64,000 nucleotides of DNA, taken from positions 16,141 through 80,140 of the forward strand of contig REDM01000202.1 of the NCBI GenBank assembly GCA_007693485.1, written 5' to 3'. The DNA comes from Spirochaetaceae bacterium. GTDB lineage: Bacteria > Spirochaetota > Spirochaetia > DSM-27196 > PWMO01. Positions 62,577-64,000 of the stretch are shown here, piece by piece. Below the pieces are notes generated by a model that saw only the letters and a program-made list of their open reading frames with translations, was not told the DNA's origin and made no database searches. Position numbers and translations under genes: made by a program. Each line of letters starts with the position of its first letter. The first letter of the stretch is position 1.

Positions 62577-63721
62577 GCCAGGACATCATCTCCGTTCTCG
62601 TGGTCGACGACTCGGCCCTGATGCGAAATCTCATCTCCCGGATTATCGACGGCACGCCCGGCATGGTGGTTGCGGGCAAGGCGATGAACGGCAACTTCGC
62701 CCTCCAGAAACTCGAGCGGCTCCATCCCGACGTGATCATTCTCGACATCGAGATGCCGCAGATGAACGGCCTTGAGTTCCTGGAAGAACGGCGCAAACGG
62801 GGAATCGATATTCCCGTGGTGGTGCTCTCGTCGATTGCGCAGAAGGGCGCCCGCGTAACGATGGACGCGCTTTCGCTGGGAGCTTCCGACTTCCTGCTGA
62901 AACCGTCCGGACCGGTATCCGAGGACATCCACACCGTGGCGGGACAGCTGACGGAGATGGTGCGCGGCTACGGCACCGAATACCGCCGCCGCAAAGGACG
63001 AACGGGTGGCGGCGCCGAGTCGGCCGCTCGCTCCAGCGAAGCCCCTCCGCCGAAGCCGCCAACGCCGCCGGCGACACCAACAGATCCGGCCGCACCCGCA
63101 AGTCCGGGCGCTCCGGCGAAGCCCGTTGCGCCGTCCGGCACGACCGAGATCATCGCGATCGGCATTTCCACCGGTGGGCCGAACGCGCTGCGCAAGGTCT
63201 TTGCCGCCATCGACGATTCCCTCGCCGTCCCCATCGTAGTTGTACAGCACATGCCCGCCGGATTCACCCTCGAGTTTGCCAAGAGTCTCGACCGCATCTG
63301 TCCGCTCGCGGTGAAAGAGGCCGAAGAGGGAGACGCACTGCAGCCGGGACGCATCCTCATCGCGCCGGGCAATCGCCATCTGGTGGTCGAGCGCCGCGCA
63401 AGCGAGGGGGTGATCCACCTCCATGACGAAGCGCCGTGCAACGGCCACCGCCCCTCGGCCGACGTGCTCTTTGCGTCGGTGGCCCAGCACTACGGCAGTC
63501 GGGCCCTGGCGGTCATCATGACGGGCATGGGGCGCGACGGAGCAGCCGAACTCGGCACCATCCATCGTGCGGGAGGCATCACCGTTGGGCAGGATGCCGC
63601 CTCGTGCGTGGTCTACGGCATGCCGAAGGTAGCCTTCGACCTGGGGCACGTCCAGCATCAGGTTCCCCTGCACCTCATGGCCGAAACCATCTGTCGGCTC
63701 GCCGACGACAAGCGGGCCTGA
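62573..63721 (+). CDS. cheB: Chemotaxis response regulator protein-glutamate methylesterase CheB
   Basis: GTG 62573 in a GTGA overlap with the cheR stop. REC (VLVVDDSALMR...IILDIEMPQMNG). An unusually long Pro/Ala-rich linker (PPPKPPTPPATPTDPAAPASPGAPAKP). Esterase domain (IAIGISTGGPNAL, VVQHMP, GMGRDG). Confidence 0.92.
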   Translation: MSQDIISVLVVDDSALMRNLISRIIDGTPGMVVAGKAMNGNFALQKLERLHPDVIILDIEMPQMNGLEFLEERRKRGIDIPVVVLSSIAQKGARVTMDALSLGASDFLLKPSGPVSEDIHTVAGQLTEMVRGYGTEYRRRKGRTGGGAESAARSSEAPPPKPPTPPATPTDPAAPASPGAPAKPVAPSGTTEIIAIGISTGGPNALRKVFAAIDDSLAVPIVVVQHMPAGFTLEFAKSLDRICPLAVKEAEEGDALQPGRILIAPGNRHLVVERRASEGVIHLHDEAPCNGHRPSADVLFASVAQHYGSRALAVIMTGMGRDGAAELGTIHRAGGITVGQDAASCVVYGMPKVAFDLGHVQHQVPLHLMAETICRLADDKRA

Positions 63722-63723
63722 CC

Positions 63724-64000
63724 GTGACGTTGACGGTACGACGGCTCGGGCGCATCGGCTACCAGGAAGGCCTCGACCTCCAGCTCGCCCTGGTGGAGGA
63801 ACGGCGCGCCGAGGCCATCTCCGACACCCTGCTGCTGCTGGAGCACCCGCCGGTGGTCACCATGGGCAGAAGCGCCACCGACGCGGACATCCTGGTCCCC
63901 CGCGAAGAGCTGGACCGTGCAGGGGCCTCGGTGCACCGCATCACCCGCGGCGGCGAAACCACCTATCACGGACCGGGTCAGATGGTTGGCTACCTGATTG
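63724..64000 (+). CDS. lipB: Octanoyltransferase LipB, N-terminal part (continues beyond the window)
   Basis: Not in the track (runs off the edge). From GTG 63724 it reads VTLTVRRLGRIGYQEGLDLQLALVEERRAE...LLLLEHPPVVTMGR...ITRGGETTYHGPGQMVGY, the LipB hallmark RGG..TYHGPGQ. Confidence 0.8.
   Translation, partial: MTLTVRRLGRIGYQEGLDLQLALVEERRAEAISDTLLLLEHPPVVTMGRSATDADILVPREELDRAGASVHRITRGGETTYHGPGQMVGYLI

Overview
GC-rich (by eye), very gene-dense bacterial chromosomal window. I can support about 53 protein-coding genes and one tRNA. I see no rRNA, CRISPR array, transposase/integrase or phage genes. Many neighbouring genes are joined by 4- or 8-nt start/stop overlaps (ATGA/GTGA), which implies long translationally coupled operons. 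Several longest-ORF starts in the supplied track look too far upstream, and I corrected them from these overlaps and from N-terminal homology. Order of content: (1) a tetR(tandem)-tolC-adaptor-RND efflux operon (1-5603, minus). (2) Housekeeping and envelope genes: DUF212, rhomboid, alpha/beta hydrolase, rlmE, NlpC/P60. (3) A quinone-related pair: a polyprenyl synthase and an NDH-2 fused to a DoxD/DoxX-like membrane domain. (4) A PAS-GGDEF-EAL protein. (5) nfnA-nfnB-ptsN. (6) A KamA-family radical SAM gene. (7) A 1985-aa alpha-2-macroglobulin lipoprotein with pbpC. (8) A hybrid histidine kinase, a CheB-CheR-PAS fusion and a REC-Hpt protein. (9) A cNMP-binding/PNP-like nucleosidase fusion plus an NDK-like ORF. 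(10) tRNA-Ala followed by an archaeal/eukaryal-type pheS-pheT. (11) A LamG/FN3, giant TPR, HDOD and MBL-hydrolase four-gene operon. (12) uvrC. (13) A roughly 12-kb minus-strand gene chain: pyrG-lptC-lptA-lptB-rpoN-hpf-hprK-ptsH-exported protein-ntrY-like kinase-sigma54 activator-lexA-holA. (14) cheR-cheB and the start of lipB. The archaeal-type PheRS, the HPr/HprK-only PTS and the chemotaxis content suggest a GC-rich member of the Spirochaetota. That is inference only and is not verified. The candidates I consider most worth follow-up are the cNMP-gated nucleosidase/NDK-like pair, the LamG-TPR-HDOD-MBL operon, the kinase/CheBR/REC-Hpt trio and the cysteine-free (thioester-less) alpha-2-macroglobulin paired with pbpC. 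All family assignments come from reading motifs by eye. No database search was possible.
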